Positions 21,250 through 32,981 of a stretch of 64,000 nucleotides of DNA are shown here, one piece after another. How positions within the stretch are numbered: the stretch's first letter is position 1; each line of letters opens with the position of its first letter. Made by a program: the position numbers and the translations under genes. The notes below the pieces were generated by a model, which worked only from the letters and a program-made list of their open reading frames with translations, was not told the origin of the DNA and did no database searches. This DNA comes from TPA_inf: Saccharomyces (Eukaryota): NCBI GenBank assembly GCA_000146045.2, contig BK006946.2, positions 480,001 through 544,000 of the forward strand, given 5' to 3'.

Positions 21250-21891
21250 TCACTTTCCTAATCTTTCCCAGATGTATTTGGTCTTATAGAAATCGCTGAG
21301 GTTATTGTCCAAGGGTAAAATATCAATATTCCCATCATTTTTTCTGTTAATAAGGACTTGATCATTTTCTAAATCCAAAATAACTCCTAAAGATCTGTAT
21401 AGCTTCAATTTTAGAATATTTTCGTTTGCTTCCGGGGTGACCGCACTTTGTTCTTCCAGCTCAGGTTCAATTACTTTTGCTTTTATTTTGGAACCGTTCG
21501 GTGTGGATATTATTTCACTATCTTTGAGGTACAATTTCATCTTTTCGTCCAATTCACTTCGAAGTGACACAATATTACGTTCCAATCCGTCCAAATCTTT
21601 CAGAAGTTTAACTAGTTCGTCTTTACTACCAAACTCATTGCTCTCTTCGTTAGTATATTCTAAGTCTCCCTCCAATTTAGCAACATTTATTCTTTCCGCA
21701 TTCAATTTCTTGTTCGACTCAGAAACCTTTGAATGCTCTTTACTAATTCTTGCTTCGCTTTCCTCTTTTATAACATCAAGATCGTGTCGGATTCTTTTCA
21801 TGGCATCAACATCTTGCTGAATATCAAAACTTTCTCTGACCTCTTTTAAAAATTCAACCGGATTGTCGAGTAGGTTATCCTTTTGTGACAT
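21250..21891 (-). CDS. SPC24: Ndc80-complex kinetochore subunit, 213 aa
   Basis: Begins MSQKDNLLDNPVEFLKEVRESFDIQQDV. It has an N-terminal coiled coil and a C-terminal RWD-like globular domain. Length matches YMR117C. Confidence 0.85.
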   Translation of the reverse strand: MSQKDNLLDNPVEFLKEVRESFDIQQDVDAMKRIRHDLDVIKEESEARISKEHSKVSESNKKLNAERINVAKLEGDLEYTNEESNEFGSKDELVKLLKDLDGLERNIVSLRSELDEKMKLYLKDSEIISTPNGSKIKAKVIEPELEEQSAVTPEANENILKLKLYRSLGVILDLENDQVLINRKNDGNIDILPLDNNLSDFYKTKYIWERLGK

Positions 21892-22143
21892 GGCTCTTGC
21901 GTTCCTTCCCTTTACACTTGCTCTTCCCTCGTTACTTCTTTCATCTATAGCAAAGTCCCTACGTAAGTTATTTTGAAGACTTCATTGTTTACATTTACTT
22001 TTGACGCGCCTGTCAAGGTCGGGTAACCTCTTCTGCTTTCGCGGGTCCTTCTACGTTGAATCAAATTTATTGAATATAACATTATAAAGAGTATCATAAA
22101 AGCTATGTAGCAAAAAACACTAAGTACATTCCTTACATTTCAT

Positions 22144-22734
22144 TTACTGAGCCAGTAAATACGTTCCTAAGACGAGTGTGCCGGCTAAAACGATTGATCC
22201 GGTTTTTATAACCCCACGGTTGGTCAATTCGTAGCCCATATCCCAGATGAGATGCCTTATACCGTTACCAAAATGGAATGCAAACAGATATGCTGCAGAG
22301 CCTTTGGCCACCCATTGGGACCACTTAGGCATCTTTTCGTGATACCACTTGTTTAGATCCTGAAAAGTCGTATCCATTCCCATTATTGTCGTCACACCCA
22401 AAGTAATTGTGAAAGCATAGAATCCAAGAGCCAGTAAAACGCCAGATATACGATGTAAAGAGGAAAGATACCAGCTCATTTCAGGTTCGTAAACAGTTAA
22501 ATGAGGAGAGATCGGTCTTTTTTTCCTTTGAGATACTAAGAGCTCCTCTTCCTTGTTGCTTGACCAAAGATCAGATTTGGATACGCGGCCATTGTGGAAT
22601 TCTTTGGAAAAAAGGTCCATTCTGCCATTAGAGATATAATTATGCAAAATAAATGGTGTGCTGATTCTTGGCACGAATACAGATGCTCGGGGAACTCCAA
22701 ATACAGATGTTACTCTTTGAATGGTTGCTTTCAT
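22144..22734 (-). CDS. SHH3: SDH3 paralogue (succinate dehydrogenase cytochrome b-type subunit homologue), 196 aa
   Basis: Begins MKATIQRVTSVFGVPRA. It contains an Sdh3-type transmembrane heme/quinone region (HLTVYEPEMSWYLSSLHRISG...). The track ORF adds 16 upstream codons. Confidence 0.75.
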   Translation of the reverse strand: MKATIQRVTSVFGVPRASVFVPRISTPFILHNYISNGRMDLFSKEFHNGRVSKSDLWSSNKEEELLVSQRKKRPISPHLTVYEPEMSWYLSSLHRISGVLLALGFYAFTITLGVTTIMGMDTTFQDLNKWYHEKMPKWSQWVAKGSAAYLFAFHFGNGIRHLIWDMGYELTNRGVIKTGSIVLAGTLVLGTYLLAQ

Positions 22735-23193
22735 TATTCTTACGCTTCTGAATATTTCTGAGCTCCACTTATCAGCTATCACAGTCGCATTGAGTGTGAT
22801 TAATTTTTCGGTATATTGATACTATTTCATTTTTATTTGCCATTATCTAAAATCTTCGTCAATTTTTTTATGAGCAACGTATCCCTAATCCCTTTTTTAC
22901 AAAAGTCCAAAATAGAAAAAAAACTATTACGGATGCAGTGATCTCTAATTAGGGATACTTTTCCTTGTAATTTGGTTTATCGTACGGTAAGAATGACCGA
23001 ATGAGTGATGGTTTTGATCCGAACCGTAAAGAAATACTGGTAGAAGTGTTTACTCTGGTTCCTTTCAACGACATGGTATACAACTATATTGCATGAGAAC
23101 TGGATGCGATGCAAGTACTTCTGGTACAAACATGTAAATACTATTGATTATATTACAGTAATTTTGTCAAAACACAGTGGCACAAAGTCATTT

Positions 23194-23390
23194 GATAATG
23201 TGATAGGATAACGAAACATATAAAGCGGAAGGACAAAAAAAAAGTAGTGATATTATGTAGAAATACCGATTCCATTATGAGGACTCTTATATCTTCGAGA
23301 GGAACTTCTATTATATTCTGTATACACAACATTATAGCCTTTGATCAACAATGGAGTTCACAATTATCAAAATATTCGCACAATATTCAC
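23194..23390 (+). mobile_element. Truncated delta (Ty1/Ty2 LTR) fragment, 3' two-thirds
   Basis: Matches the delta consensus from GATAATGTGATAGGATAACGAAACATATAAAGCGGAAGG through ATTCCATTATGAGGACTCTTATATCTTCGAGAGGAACTTCTATTATATTCTGTATAC to CAACAATGGAGTTCACAATTATC. It lacks the TGTTGG 5' end. Confidence 0.6.
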
Positions 23391-23760
23391 GTAGAATAGT
23401 GGATGACAGAGTATATAAACAAAGAAAGAAGCACTCAGGATTTTCTATAAATAGTGAAGTTTTCTATGGACGCCAAAAAATCTTAAGGGTATCTTGAGTG
23501 TAATCATCATTGGAAGGATTATTATCTTTCACGAGTAAAATACTATTAATAACTAGTAATTTCCGTGAAGTCATTAAAATGAACAAAACGATAAAACGGT
23601 TTCTTATTGCTAATGTGCTGATTTTTTGCCAAAAGGTAAAATCTAAAAATATCAATTGCATACCTTCACATTTGGTATATTACCATATAATAGCAAGATG
23701 ACATAAATCGGTGAGGAGCAGTTACCAAATTCCATGGAAGATGAAAAACAGGGTTGATAA

Positions 23761-24141
23761 TATAATAAACTGTTGGAACGAGAGTAATTAATAGTGACAT
23801 GAGTTGCTATGGTAACAATCTAATGCTTACATCGTATATTAATGTACAACTCGTATACGTTTAAGTGTGATTGCGCCTATTGCAGAAGGAATGTTAAACG
23901 AGAAGCTCAGACAATACTGAAGCTGTGTTAAAGACCTATTAGTTGAACATGTTATGGTAGGTACATATATGAGGAATATGAGTCGTCACATCAATGTATA
24001 GTAACTACCGGAATCACTATTATATTGGTCATAATTAATATGACCAATCGGCGTGTGTTTTATATACCTCTCTTATTTAGTATAAGAAGATCAGTACTCA
24101 CTTCTTCATTAATACTAATTTTTAACCTCTAATTATCAACA
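23761..24141 (+). mobile_element. Solo tau LTR (Ty4) with intact 5-bp target-site duplication TAAAC
   Basis: Starts TGTTGGAACGAGAGTAATTAATAGTGACATGAGTTGCTATGG and ends AATTATCAACA. It is flanked by TAAAC at 23756-23760 and at 24142-24146. Confidence 0.75.
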
Positions 24142-24345
24142 TAAACAATGGAAGAAAAATAATAATATTACCAAGCAAAATTATTGTCCTTGTGGATTTC
24201 GATATTTTCAACAGGTACCTTAGTAGAGCTGAAGTTTTTTCAAATTAAACATTTATGTGGTAGTCATATATATGTGTCATGCGAGTCTTTACATTAAATA
24301 TATGGTAACCACCAGAGAACTTGTTATATTAGTCACGATTAATAA

Positions 24346-24677
24346 TGTTGGAATAAAAATCCACTACCGTCTATCAACTAGTAGTTATATTATCAATATA
24401 TTATCATAGACGGTGTTAGATGATGATATAAATTATGAGAAGCTGTCATCAAAGTTAGAAGAAGCTGAAATGCAAAGATTGATAATATGATAGGATAATG
24501 AAACATATAAAATAGAAAGAGGGATAATCGTAATATTAGTATGTAAAAATATACATTCCATTTTGAGGATTCCTATGTCCTCGTGGAGAACTTTTAGTAT
24601 ATTCTGTTTACCTAATATTATAATCTTTTATCAACAATGGAATCCCAACAATTATCTCAAAATTCACCTATATCTCA
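24346..24677 (+). mobile_element. Solo delta LTR (Ty1) with intact 5-bp target-site duplication AATAA, inserted into an older tau-like fragment
   Basis: Full-length delta from TGTTGGAATAAAAATCCACTACCGTCTATCAACTAGTAG to GGAATCCCAACAATTATCTCAAAATTCACCTATATCTCA. AATAA lies at 24341-24345 and at 24678-24682. The upstream flank 24230-24345 resembles the middle of tau. Confidence 0.8.
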
Positions 24678-24894
24678 AATAATAAACCGATCGGACTGCG
24701 TTCAGTGAACCTCTCTTATATAGTATAGGAAGATCCAAATTTATTATTCGCTGATATGACCTTTTGACCTTTACATATTAACGAGGTGCTTTTACCAATG
24801 CATAGACGAGCAGCTTATCCCATAATGAGTTTAAATTCTATTCAACTCATAACAACTTATAGTTGCTATAGTCACACCTTTTCAACAGATAAGT

Positions 24895-25008
24895 GGTTGT
24901 TTGGCCGAGCGGTCTAAGGCGCCTGATTCAAGAAATATCTTGACCGCAGTTAACTGTGGGAATACTCAGGTATCGTAAGATGCAAGAGTTCGAATCTCTT
25001 AGCAACCA
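24895..25008 (+). tRNA. tL(CAA): tRNA-Leu (anticodon CAA) with a 32-nt intron at 24933-24964
   Basis: Reads GGTTGTTTGGCCGAGCGGTCTAAGGCGCCTGATTCAAG, then the intron, then CTCAGGTATCGTAAGATGCAAGAGTTCGAATCTCTTAGCAACCA. It has a long variable arm and a B-box GTTCGAATC, and is followed by a T7 terminator tract. Confidence 0.9.
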
Positions 25009-25332
25009 TTATTTTTTTCTCGCGTATTCCTTTGAGGGCGCCCCTTTATGTTGAAATATTGAGAAGCTACGAATCAAACTTTGAAGTCAGTTGAGTAAGC
25101 AATATGAAAAACATTGGAAAATACAATAAAACACAATTACGAAAACTATATTGTTTTGAACAGAAAAATAGAAGGAAGTACTAAAATTACTCTTTCACCA
25201 CACAACAATTTTAACTCAAGAAGATAATCACTGCTTACTTTTATATTTTATAGACAATTTGCACTTTGGGGTATTTTTCTTAATTTTATCTGGGTTTTTT
25301 TCTTCTTTTTACAAAGAAACTATGCTAAGAAT

Positions 25333-27207
25333 ATGAACTCTTCCACTTCTTCAGAAAATGTGTTCATAAATTCATTTAGCTATTTGAATCAAACATCACA
25401 AGCCGTAATCTCAGGTAACTCCACTTTCGCAAATGTTATCAACTTTCCTTATAGACTTGGATTATCCTTTATTGGGGCTGTGAACTTGCAGTACGAGCAA
25501 ACCGTTAAATCTGAAGAAATTCCCCCAACTCTAAGGTCTGTTTTTGATACAATAGGGTTTTTTTTCAGCCCGTACGCCATATTTTGCTTTGTAATCGCCA
25601 TTGTCCTGAACCGGTTCGTTGTATTTTACGCCGTCCTTAACAACGGTTCCAGACGTACTTTACCGTTATGGTTGAGTAATGTTTTCCATGTATCAGCAGT
25701 AGTTGTATTAGCAATGGTATCCTTAGGTCCGCTGACCTTGGGTAAGGATTTCAAAATATTAGGCGACCCTGCTTTTGCCCAAGAAAAATTTTTACTGAAT
25801 ATATTCTACGCTTTCGCTTACTCTTATTGTGTCGAAACCATATTTACCATCATGCGGAATTCCAGCCCTTTGGAGGGCACTGACTATTCATTGTTTGAAC
25901 TTTCGATTCAGTTTTATACAATGACTAATAATAATACTAAATTTTTAGATTCTCCTGATTACATTATAGACTGTTCTATGGCTATTTTGAGCAGGATATT
26001 GATCCATTTGGTGGAGATTTTCAGGCTTAGAAATTATCGTCTACTTTTTAGTACTATTATGAACCTCTGTCATATTTGTTACTTAGGGATAAGAGTTAAG
26101 CAGGGCGGCTGGAAAAGCCTTCCATTTTCGGTGAAATTTAGGCACTTTCCAAAACTGTTTTCAGTGTCTATTATTTGCTTATCATTACTGATTTTTAAAT
26201 TATCATGCTTAATTAGATGGGATCCATTTGGAAAATCACGTAATTCTTGCGAACTTTTACAGTTTTACCCTCTCAGTAGAAATTGGAAAAAATACTTAAA
26301 TTACACGGGAGAAGAAGATTTTTCTGCTATGGCCACTAAATTCGCACTATTATTATGCTCAGGAACTGAACTAATGGAAAAGGGTATACGAAGAGAATTT
26401 CCTGCTATTAACATCCCGGATAATGTTAATGAGAAATTTTTTATTAGCGGTTATTTAAATGAACTTTCTAAACCGTATAAAGAGAACACTTCCATCAGCT
26501 TCCCAAAGAAAAATTCATCAATATTAAAGCAAAGATTTTTTTTAATGTTTCCAAAATCTATAATATGGATCATGAAGAAGCTTGTAGGCCAAGTATTCTT
26601 TGGCTTCAGAGATAACAAGGACGAGGACATCCCCGACAACGACCCATCAAAAATGTTAAAGATAACTAAAACGAACTCTCTCAATAATAGTGCCGGCCAC
26701 AAAGAAGATATTGAACTTGAACTATTGAACACATCAGATGATGAGTATTCTGAAGATTACGAGCCTTCTGAAGTTGAGTCACTGGGGGATTCTGATGAAG
26801 AAAACTTGGAAGAAGATTCACTGATTTTCAACGAAACTCGGGATGCCCTACTGGATTTATTTTCTTCCGAAGATAATGAAGTTCATACTGATTATAATTG
26901 GATCATGTCAACTAGCCGTATCCTTCAACAAAAATTACTGTCAGATAAAACTTTGACAAGGGCGTCTATCTTAGATACAAAGTTAAGTGAAGTAGATGAG
27001 ACTTTTGGTACAGAAAGTGATTTTGATCTATCTTGCGCGGTATGCAAAGTCAATGAAAGAAATACAGTATTATGGCCCTGCCGATGTTTTGCCATTTGCG
27101 AGGATTGCAGAATTTCTTTGGGTTTACGTGGGTTCAGCACTTGCGTATGTTGTAGGAGTAAAGTTCATGGGTACTGTAAGGTTCATCCTGTTTCAGATAG
27201 TAAATAA
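25333..27207 (+). CDS. ASI1: Inner-nuclear-membrane RING E3 ligase subunit of the Asi complex, 624 aa
   Basis: Multi-pass membrane N-terminal half, and a C-terminal RING CAVCKVNERNTVLWPCRCFAICEDCR...CVCCRSKVHGYC. Length matches YMR119W. Confidence 0.85.
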   Translation: MNSSTSSENVFINSFSYLNQTSQAVISGNSTFANVINFPYRLGLSFIGAVNLQYEQTVKSEEIPPTLRSVFDTIGFFFSPYAIFCFVIAIVLNRFVVFYAVLNNGSRRTLPLWLSNVFHVSAVVVLAMVSLGPLTLGKDFKILGDPAFAQEKFLLNIFYAFAYSYCVETIFTIMRNSSPLEGTDYSLFELSIQFYTMTNNNTKFLDSPDYIIDCSMAILSRILIHLVEIFRLRNYRLLFSTIMNLCHICYLGIRVKQGGWKSLPFSVKFRHFPKLFSVSIICLSLLIFKLSCLIRWDPFGKSRNSCELLQFYPLSRNWKKYLNYTGEEDFSAMATKFALLLCSGTELMEKGIRREFPAINIPDNVNEKFFISGYLNELSKPYKENTSISFPKKNSSILKQRFFLMFPKSIIWIMKKLVGQVFFGFRDNKDEDIPDNDPSKMLKITKTNSLNNSAGHKEDIELELLNTSDDEYSEDYEPSEVESLGDSDEENLEEDSLIFNETRDALLDLFSSEDNEVHTDYNWIMSTSRILQQKLLSDKTLTRASILDTKLSEVDETFGTESDFDLSCAVCKVNERNTVLWPCRCFAICEDCRISLGLRGFSTCVCCRSKVHGYCKVHPVSDSK

Positions 27208-27501
27208 TAGTTTAAGAACTTTTGCATGGTATCTAAAAGAGGTTTTTCGTTTGGGAGCTCTAGCATTAATTACTATAGCTAGAGCTTTCTGTGTTGCACA
27301 TATAAACATCATAATAATAAATCAAGTTTTTTTTCTTTGGGAAATGTTCGAATTAAAATTGTACTTATAACATATCGTATCATTAGTATATATATAAAAG
27401 TGTCAGTGGCGATTATATCATTAGAGGAGGAAAGAATAAACTATACATCGATTTGCCGTCATTTCTGTATTTATGGCATATTGACTCTGAACTCATGCCA
27501 T

Positions 27502-29280
27502 CTAATGGTGGAACAAACGGATTGGGTTCTCTACGTAAACCAAATCGAATGAATCGGCAGCTGAAAATACAACCTTGTCCATGACAGAACCAGATGGAGC
27601 GGCAATGTATTTGACACCGGATTTAACTGCTCTGTAAACATTGTCTGGGAATGGGAAAAATGCATCCGATGACAAAGAAACGTTGGTTAATTTACTCAAC
27701 CATTCCTTTCTTTCTTCTGGAGTAAATGGTTTTGGAATCTCCTCGAACTTCGATTGGTATTCAGACAATTCTGGTTCTTCTGTTGGAATTTGGCCGGTTA
27801 CGAATAAATCGATAGCATTAGATTTTTCTGGTCTCTTGACGCCTTTAGCCCATTTAATCTCCAAAACTCTAGGGTGTTGTCTGAACCACCAATTATCAGC
27901 CTTATCACCAGCTAATCTTGTACAATGGATTCTAGATTGTTGACCTGCACCCAATCCGACAACCATACCATTTCTAGCATAACATACGGAATTAGATTGA
28001 GTATATTTAATAGCAATGGTGGCAACCGTTAAATCAATTATGGCTTGTTCAGTGAGATTTTTATTTTGAGAAACAATTTCTTTGAAAGTTGATTGATTGA
28101 TTATGGCATCGTTTCTCTTTTGTTCCAAAGTCACACCGTATACTTGTCTTCTTTCGACAGCTTCTGGAACATAGTTTGGATCAATTTGTAATATGCAGTA
28201 CTTACCTCCCTTCTTCTTGGATAGAATGGCCAACGCCTCAGGCTCATAACCTGGGGCAATAACACCATCAGAAACTTCTCTAGATATGATCTTAGCTGTT
28301 GGAACATCAACTATGTTGGAAAGAGCAATCCAATCACCAAAGGAAGACATTCTATCAGCACCACGGGCCCTAGCATAGGCACATGCCAGGGGAGATAAGT
28401 TTTCAATGTCGGCAACAAAATAAACTTGCTTTTCAACATCAGACAATGGGATACCCACAGCGGCACCAGCTGGTGATACATGCTTGAACGATGCTGCTGC
28501 TGGTAAATTCAACGAGGCGGATAATTCCTTAACCAGGGGCCAGGAATTTAGAGCATCCAACAAATTAATGTAACCTGGTGAACCACATAGGACTTTGAAA
28601 GGTAAACTGTCTTGTTGACTGACGTAAGCTTGAGCCGGCTTTTGGTGTGGATTGGCACCATAACGTAGAGTAATTTGAGCTTGACCTTCAGAGTATTGTT
28701 TCCTGAAGAAATCTGAAATTGCAGCATCATAATCGGCAGTGTGTTCGAAAGCCTTTAATGCCAATCTGTTTCTCAAATCTTGAGAGATTTCACCATTACT
28801 GGATAATTCACTTAAAAATTCGGAGTAGTCCTTTGGATCAGATAAAATAGTGACTCTAGCATGGTTCTTAGCAGCTGCTCTTAATAGAGTAACACCACCA
28901 ATATCAATTTCTTCTACTGCTTCTGGAATAGTCACACCCACCTTAGCAACAGTTTCTTTGAATGGGTATAGGTTACAAACGACATAATCGACTTTTTCAA
29001 TGTGCTGTTCCTTCAAGTCTTTCTCATCGCTATCGATGTCCCTAGCAAGGATACCACCATGAACGGCAGGATGTAAAGTTTTCACTCTACCTCCCAACAT
29101 TTCTGGGGCATGTGTGATAGCAGAAACGTCTTCGATTGGAAAACCAGCGTCACGAATCATACGAGCAGTACCACCGGAGGCGAGAATACGAACGTTCTTC
29201 TCGATGAGGCCTCTGGCTAAATCAAGTAGACCTGTCTTGTCATAGACGGATAGGATTGCGGTTTTTGTGTAATTGGCCAT
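27502..29280 (-). CDS. ADE17: Bifunctional AICAR transformylase / IMP cyclohydrolase, 592 aa
   Basis: PurH family. Begins [25 protein letters not shown], which is the MGS-like IMPCH domain, followed by the AICARFT domain. The track ORF has 13 extra N-terminal codons. ADE17 is on chrXIII and ADE16 on chrXII. Confidence 0.9.
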   Translation of the reverse strand: MANYTKTAILSVYDKTGLLDLARGLIEKNVRILASGGTARMIRDAGFPIEDVSAITHAPEMLGGRVKTLHPAVHGGILARDIDSDEKDLKEQHIEKVDYVVCNLYPFKETVAKVGVTIPEAVEEIDIGGVTLLRAAAKNHARVTILSDPKDYSEFLSELSSNGEISQDLRNRLALKAFEHTADYDAAISDFFRKQYSEGQAQITLRYGANPHQKPAQAYVSQQDSLPFKVLCGSPGYINLLDALNSWPLVKELSASLNLPAAASFKHVSPAGAAVGIPLSDVEKQVYFVADIENLSPLACAYARARGADRMSSFGDWIALSNIVDVPTAKIISREVSDGVIAPGYEPEALAILSKKKGGKYCILQIDPNYVPEAVERRQVYGVTLEQKRNDAIINQSTFKEIVSQNKNLTEQAIIDLTVATIAIKYTQSNSVCYARNGMVVGLGAGQQSRIHCTRLAGDKADNWWFRQHPRVLEIKWAKGVKRPEKSNAIDLFVTGQIPTEEPELSEYQSKFEEIPKPFTPEERKEWLSKLTNVSLSSDAFFPFPDNVYRAVKSGVKYIAAPSGSVMDKVVFSAADSFDLVYVENPIRLFHH

Positions 29281-29733
29281 ATTTGATGGTGATATGTGCT
29301 TTGATGTCCAAGCTAGCAAAACTACTTCAAGGGCTATTAGTTGCTGGTAAGAAAGATTTTAGGTACTACACTAAAGGTTAAAACGAGCGTACATTTATAT
29401 ACATAGATCCGAACGTGATATGCACATCCGAATATTAACAAGTTATGAGAGGAGTCAATTCATTTCTGGGCACATCAGGGTACACACATTGTAGGGTAGG
29501 ATCTTCTTTATAAATGATAAGTTGACTTCTGCAATGACTTAGTTGGCATGATTAATATTGTTCGTTCCGCTAAGGAAAAAAGAGTCAAAAACTGCAAATT
29601 CAAATTGCGTATGCTGCCAAAGAGCGAAGAATAATAAAAAAAAAATAAGTCGAAGAAAAGGAACGATGAAGTAATCAGGTTGAAAAAATGTTCATAGTGC
29701 ATTATTATTGATCTATATACGGTTCTAACTATT

Positions 29734-30348
29734 TCATTTTCTATACCTCCATAACGACAGAGTATTTTGTCTTTTCCAGGTCTTTCTTCTGCCGGCCTTG
29801 GTGTTGTTGAATTTGTGTCCCTTGTTGATACCCCTGGATTTCTTACCGGTGGCAGTCAAGCCTCTAGCTTCACGATGCTTATGGACGGGATTGCAGATCC
29901 AGTTGTACCGAGCATCTCTTCTGATAGCCTTGTGTTGAGGATCAACCAATATAACTTCGAAGTACTTGTAAGTAGAGTCTTGGTTGACCCAGTAGGAGTT
30001 CAAGACTCTCAAGTTAGCAGCACGACGGCCAACTCTTTCTTCAGCGGTAGCTCTCAAGGATCTTTGGTATTTCAATTCATTGACACCTTGGTTAGTTGGC
30101 TTACCGTAAGTAGCACCCTTTGGAACAGGTCTCTTTCTGTTACCGCGTCTAACCCTGACACGGTAGATAACGAAACCTTGCTTGGCTTTGTAGCCTAGTC
30201 TCCTAGCCTTGTCTGGTCTAGTTGGTCTAGCGGCTCTGTGAATGACATTTTTTTGTCTGTATTCCCAGACCCTGACTCTTTGCAAGAATCTCAAAACATC
30301 AGATTGCTTCTTTCTTTCTAATTCTTCTAAATATTTGTAGGCTCCCAT
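29734..30348 (-). CDS. RPL15B: 60S ribosomal protein L15, 204 aa
   Basis: Begins [32 protein letters not shown] and is very basic. The upstream in-frame extension in the track (31 codons) is not part of the protein. No intron. Confidence 0.9.
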
Positions 30349-30700
30349 TGCTTGTGTGGTAGGTAATTTGTGACTGTCTTTACGGTAGCTTTCGCCGATT
30401 ACTATTGCCGCTAACTTCTCAAGAGTGAATGAAATTATCAATGGCTCCGGTTAATTGAAAACGTGGAAAAGTATCGAAAGGAACAAGAAAGATGTTTTCC
30501 GGGTAACGACATATGGAGCATCAAGACAGATACATCTCTACTGACTACATGTTTGTATCATCATTTGAAGAGATTGGAGAAGTATTCTAGCAATCGGTGC
30601 AAAAAATAAGAGTAAAGAAAAAAGACGTTTGTTTCCTTAAAGGAGCTGGAGGAGCCTGTTTTGGATAGCGGCGTAGTCGCTTTATTAATTTGGTTATACT

Positions 30701-31075
30701 TTAAACGCAAAGATGGCAGTACGAAACCAGCAATGCAGTGATTATATATTCCCTACTAAGGAAAGTTGCGCATCCAATGGGAAACATTTTCCTGATCTGT
30801 ACCTTTGGCAACCTGAATATGCGGTTGGCTGGCAAATAAGGTAGCGTGGAGGCGGTGTTTTTGCCACAAACCAGTACGCCCAATCTATCCCTGCGAGCCA
30901 CCGTAATGATGCAAATTGCAGTAAAGCAGCGCTTAGCCTCCAGCCGAAATTTACTTCCGTCGAATGCACGTTGGCCAGAATGTCTCTCGTCCCCCTTGTG
31001 CTGCGCAAATAACAACGCGTTGGTGCGTTCTGGAACGCGAAGATTGCGAAACACGCCTCCGAACTGACGTAGCAT
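30701..31075 (-). CDS. YMR122C: Uncharacterised ORF YMR122C (124 aa) lying in the RPL15B upstream region; coding status doubtful
   Basis: ORF only. Cys/Arg-rich, atypical composition, and it overlaps the promoter of a highly expressed RP gene. Confidence 0.3.
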   Translation of the reverse strand: MLRQFGGVFRNLRVPERTNALLFAQHKGDERHSGQRAFDGSKFRLEAKRCFTAICIITVARRDRLGVLVCGKNTASTLPYLPANRIFRLPKVQIRKMFPIGCATFLSREYIITALLVSYCHLCV

Positions 31076-31314
31076 AGAGTCTTTCACAGTATTGCCTAAT
31101 GCGGAAATCACATTGCCATATTGGTGAAAAATACAATGGCTAGTTTGATCTATTTTTGGGTTATGGTGTCTCGAGCGTAAAAAGTGAAAAAAAAGTATAT
31201 AAACGATCTGAATTTAAGGCAGAATTCTGTTTGCCGCTCTCAGAATGTACTGTTAATTACTGAGGTCTCCATCAAACACAAACCCCAACCTAATCGCAAA
31301 TAACCTGAATAAAA

Positions 31315-31569
31315 ATGGCCAGCAGTACTTCCACTTCCGCTTCCGCTTCCTCCTCCATCAAAACTAACAGTGCCTTAGTTTCCAACAATGTCGTTGCCGC
31401 CTCTTCCGTCTCTGCTACTTCTACTGCTAGTTCCAGTGCCGCTAAGAACACTACTTCCAGTTCAAAGAACGCTGCTCCAGGCATGGTTGCAAACCCTGTT
31501 TCCTCGAAGTACGGTATCATCATGGCCGCATTTGCTGCTGTTTCTTTCGTCCTAGGCACCGGTATTTAA
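31315..31569 (+). CDS. YMR122W-A: Small Ser/Ala/Thr-rich protein with a C-terminal hydrophobic anchor, 84 aa
   Basis: Begins MASSTSTSASASSSIKTNSALVSNNVVAASSVSATSTASS and ends KYGIIMAAFAAVSFVLGTGI, a predicted tail anchor or GPI-like signal. Confidence 0.75.
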   Translation: MASSTSTSASASSSIKTNSALVSNNVVAASSVSATSTASSSAAKNTTSSSKNAAPGMVANPVSSKYGIIMAAFAAVSFVLGTGI

Positions 31570-32981
31570 GAAGTTTCTAAAAGCCTTTTTTTTTCCTTCT
31601 GCTTATTGTACTATCAAAGGGAACGATTGATTAACAGAAAAATTACATAAAAATCATATCATAATGGACTCGCGGTTGACGCCTAGTTAAACCAATGAAG
31701 AGGTGGGCGAACTTGTGGGAGTTATATATATTTAGGCCAATTGGGCCATTGCATGTTTCCTATAATATATTTTAATATAAAAATTTATTTATTAATACAG
31801 CAACTCATTAGATTAATCGAGTGGTGGTAAGGCTTTTTTTGCTCGCAATGCGAGCACGTGACAGAAAGTGAGAATGAACGTCTGACATTGCTAGTGTCAC
31901 GTTCAGAAAACGAGAAGACGGGTAAAACAAAAATATTGATGATTGTTGGTTAGCAATATCAAATTCATTGAAGGAGGTCACAACCGCGAGAGAAAGTAAG
32001 ATGTCATGTTTTTGAATATGAACCTGGAGCTCGCATATAACTCTTTCCAGTGGCACCTTTAGATTTATTTTAACTCTGAAATGTAGGTTTTTTTTTTTTT
32101 AGACAAGTCACGATAAGTAGTTGTTGTTAGCGACTTTATTCACAGCATTTTTTTATGTAGCATTTGTAGAAATAGGGGAATTATATCGGAGTACTCAAGA
32201 AACTAACGGGCTTCTGAGTAAAGGGGCTTCCCGATGTAATGGCATCCAAGGTACTTATCTAACTGATTTTTGATTGGAAGAAACATTTAGAATGCAACCT
32301 CAATTGTGGGCAATTACGACCAATGACAGCCAAATCCAGTAAGGTTTCAAAGGGATAATTTACTGAGAAAACAGATTTACTATTCTGGAGGCAGGAGTGA
32401 TATATTCTTATTCTTCCTATCCATGGGAATAACGATGCACTTTTTTATGGGTAAGGTGTGCTCCCAGTTTTTCTTACCAAGAAGTGTGCAATTGGTACGG
32501 TAATATCGTATTTGTTTGCACTGATGTACCCACGCTTTAGCCATTTAAGTTATTACGAATCTACTCTGTCTATTTTTTTTTTACCAACTCCCTACCCAGA
32601 GGGAAAATGCGTATGCAATCTAAAATACTTTATTTCCCATTCCGTGCCTTAGGCAAACACAAATGGATTTTGGCTGCATACCGAGGGGTCTAGGTGGTGA
32701 TGAGGTCGCTACAACCCAGGATGGTTATCTCGTTTCTTCGAATTTCCGCAGCAAAGAGGACCCTTATTGCAGGGATGGAACCTTTTCTGCACAAAGCAAA
32801 ATCCTCAGGATGTTTCTCTCCTCTGTCTTTCTTTGCCGAGCTCCATCGTGCTAGCGCATCGGACAGGAAGCAGTGAAATACAAGAAAAGTATACAAGCAG
32901 TATTCCTGCTCAAGAACCCAGTTTTCAGTTATAGTTTCCACTCCTTTCAATAGATGGGAAACTATATATCCATTAACTAAA

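Noticed and set aside
31808-32056. 82-aa minus-strand ORF spanning the hairpin/E-box region
   Set aside because: No recognisable domain and non-coding-like composition. It is retained only as context for the long intergenic interval finding.
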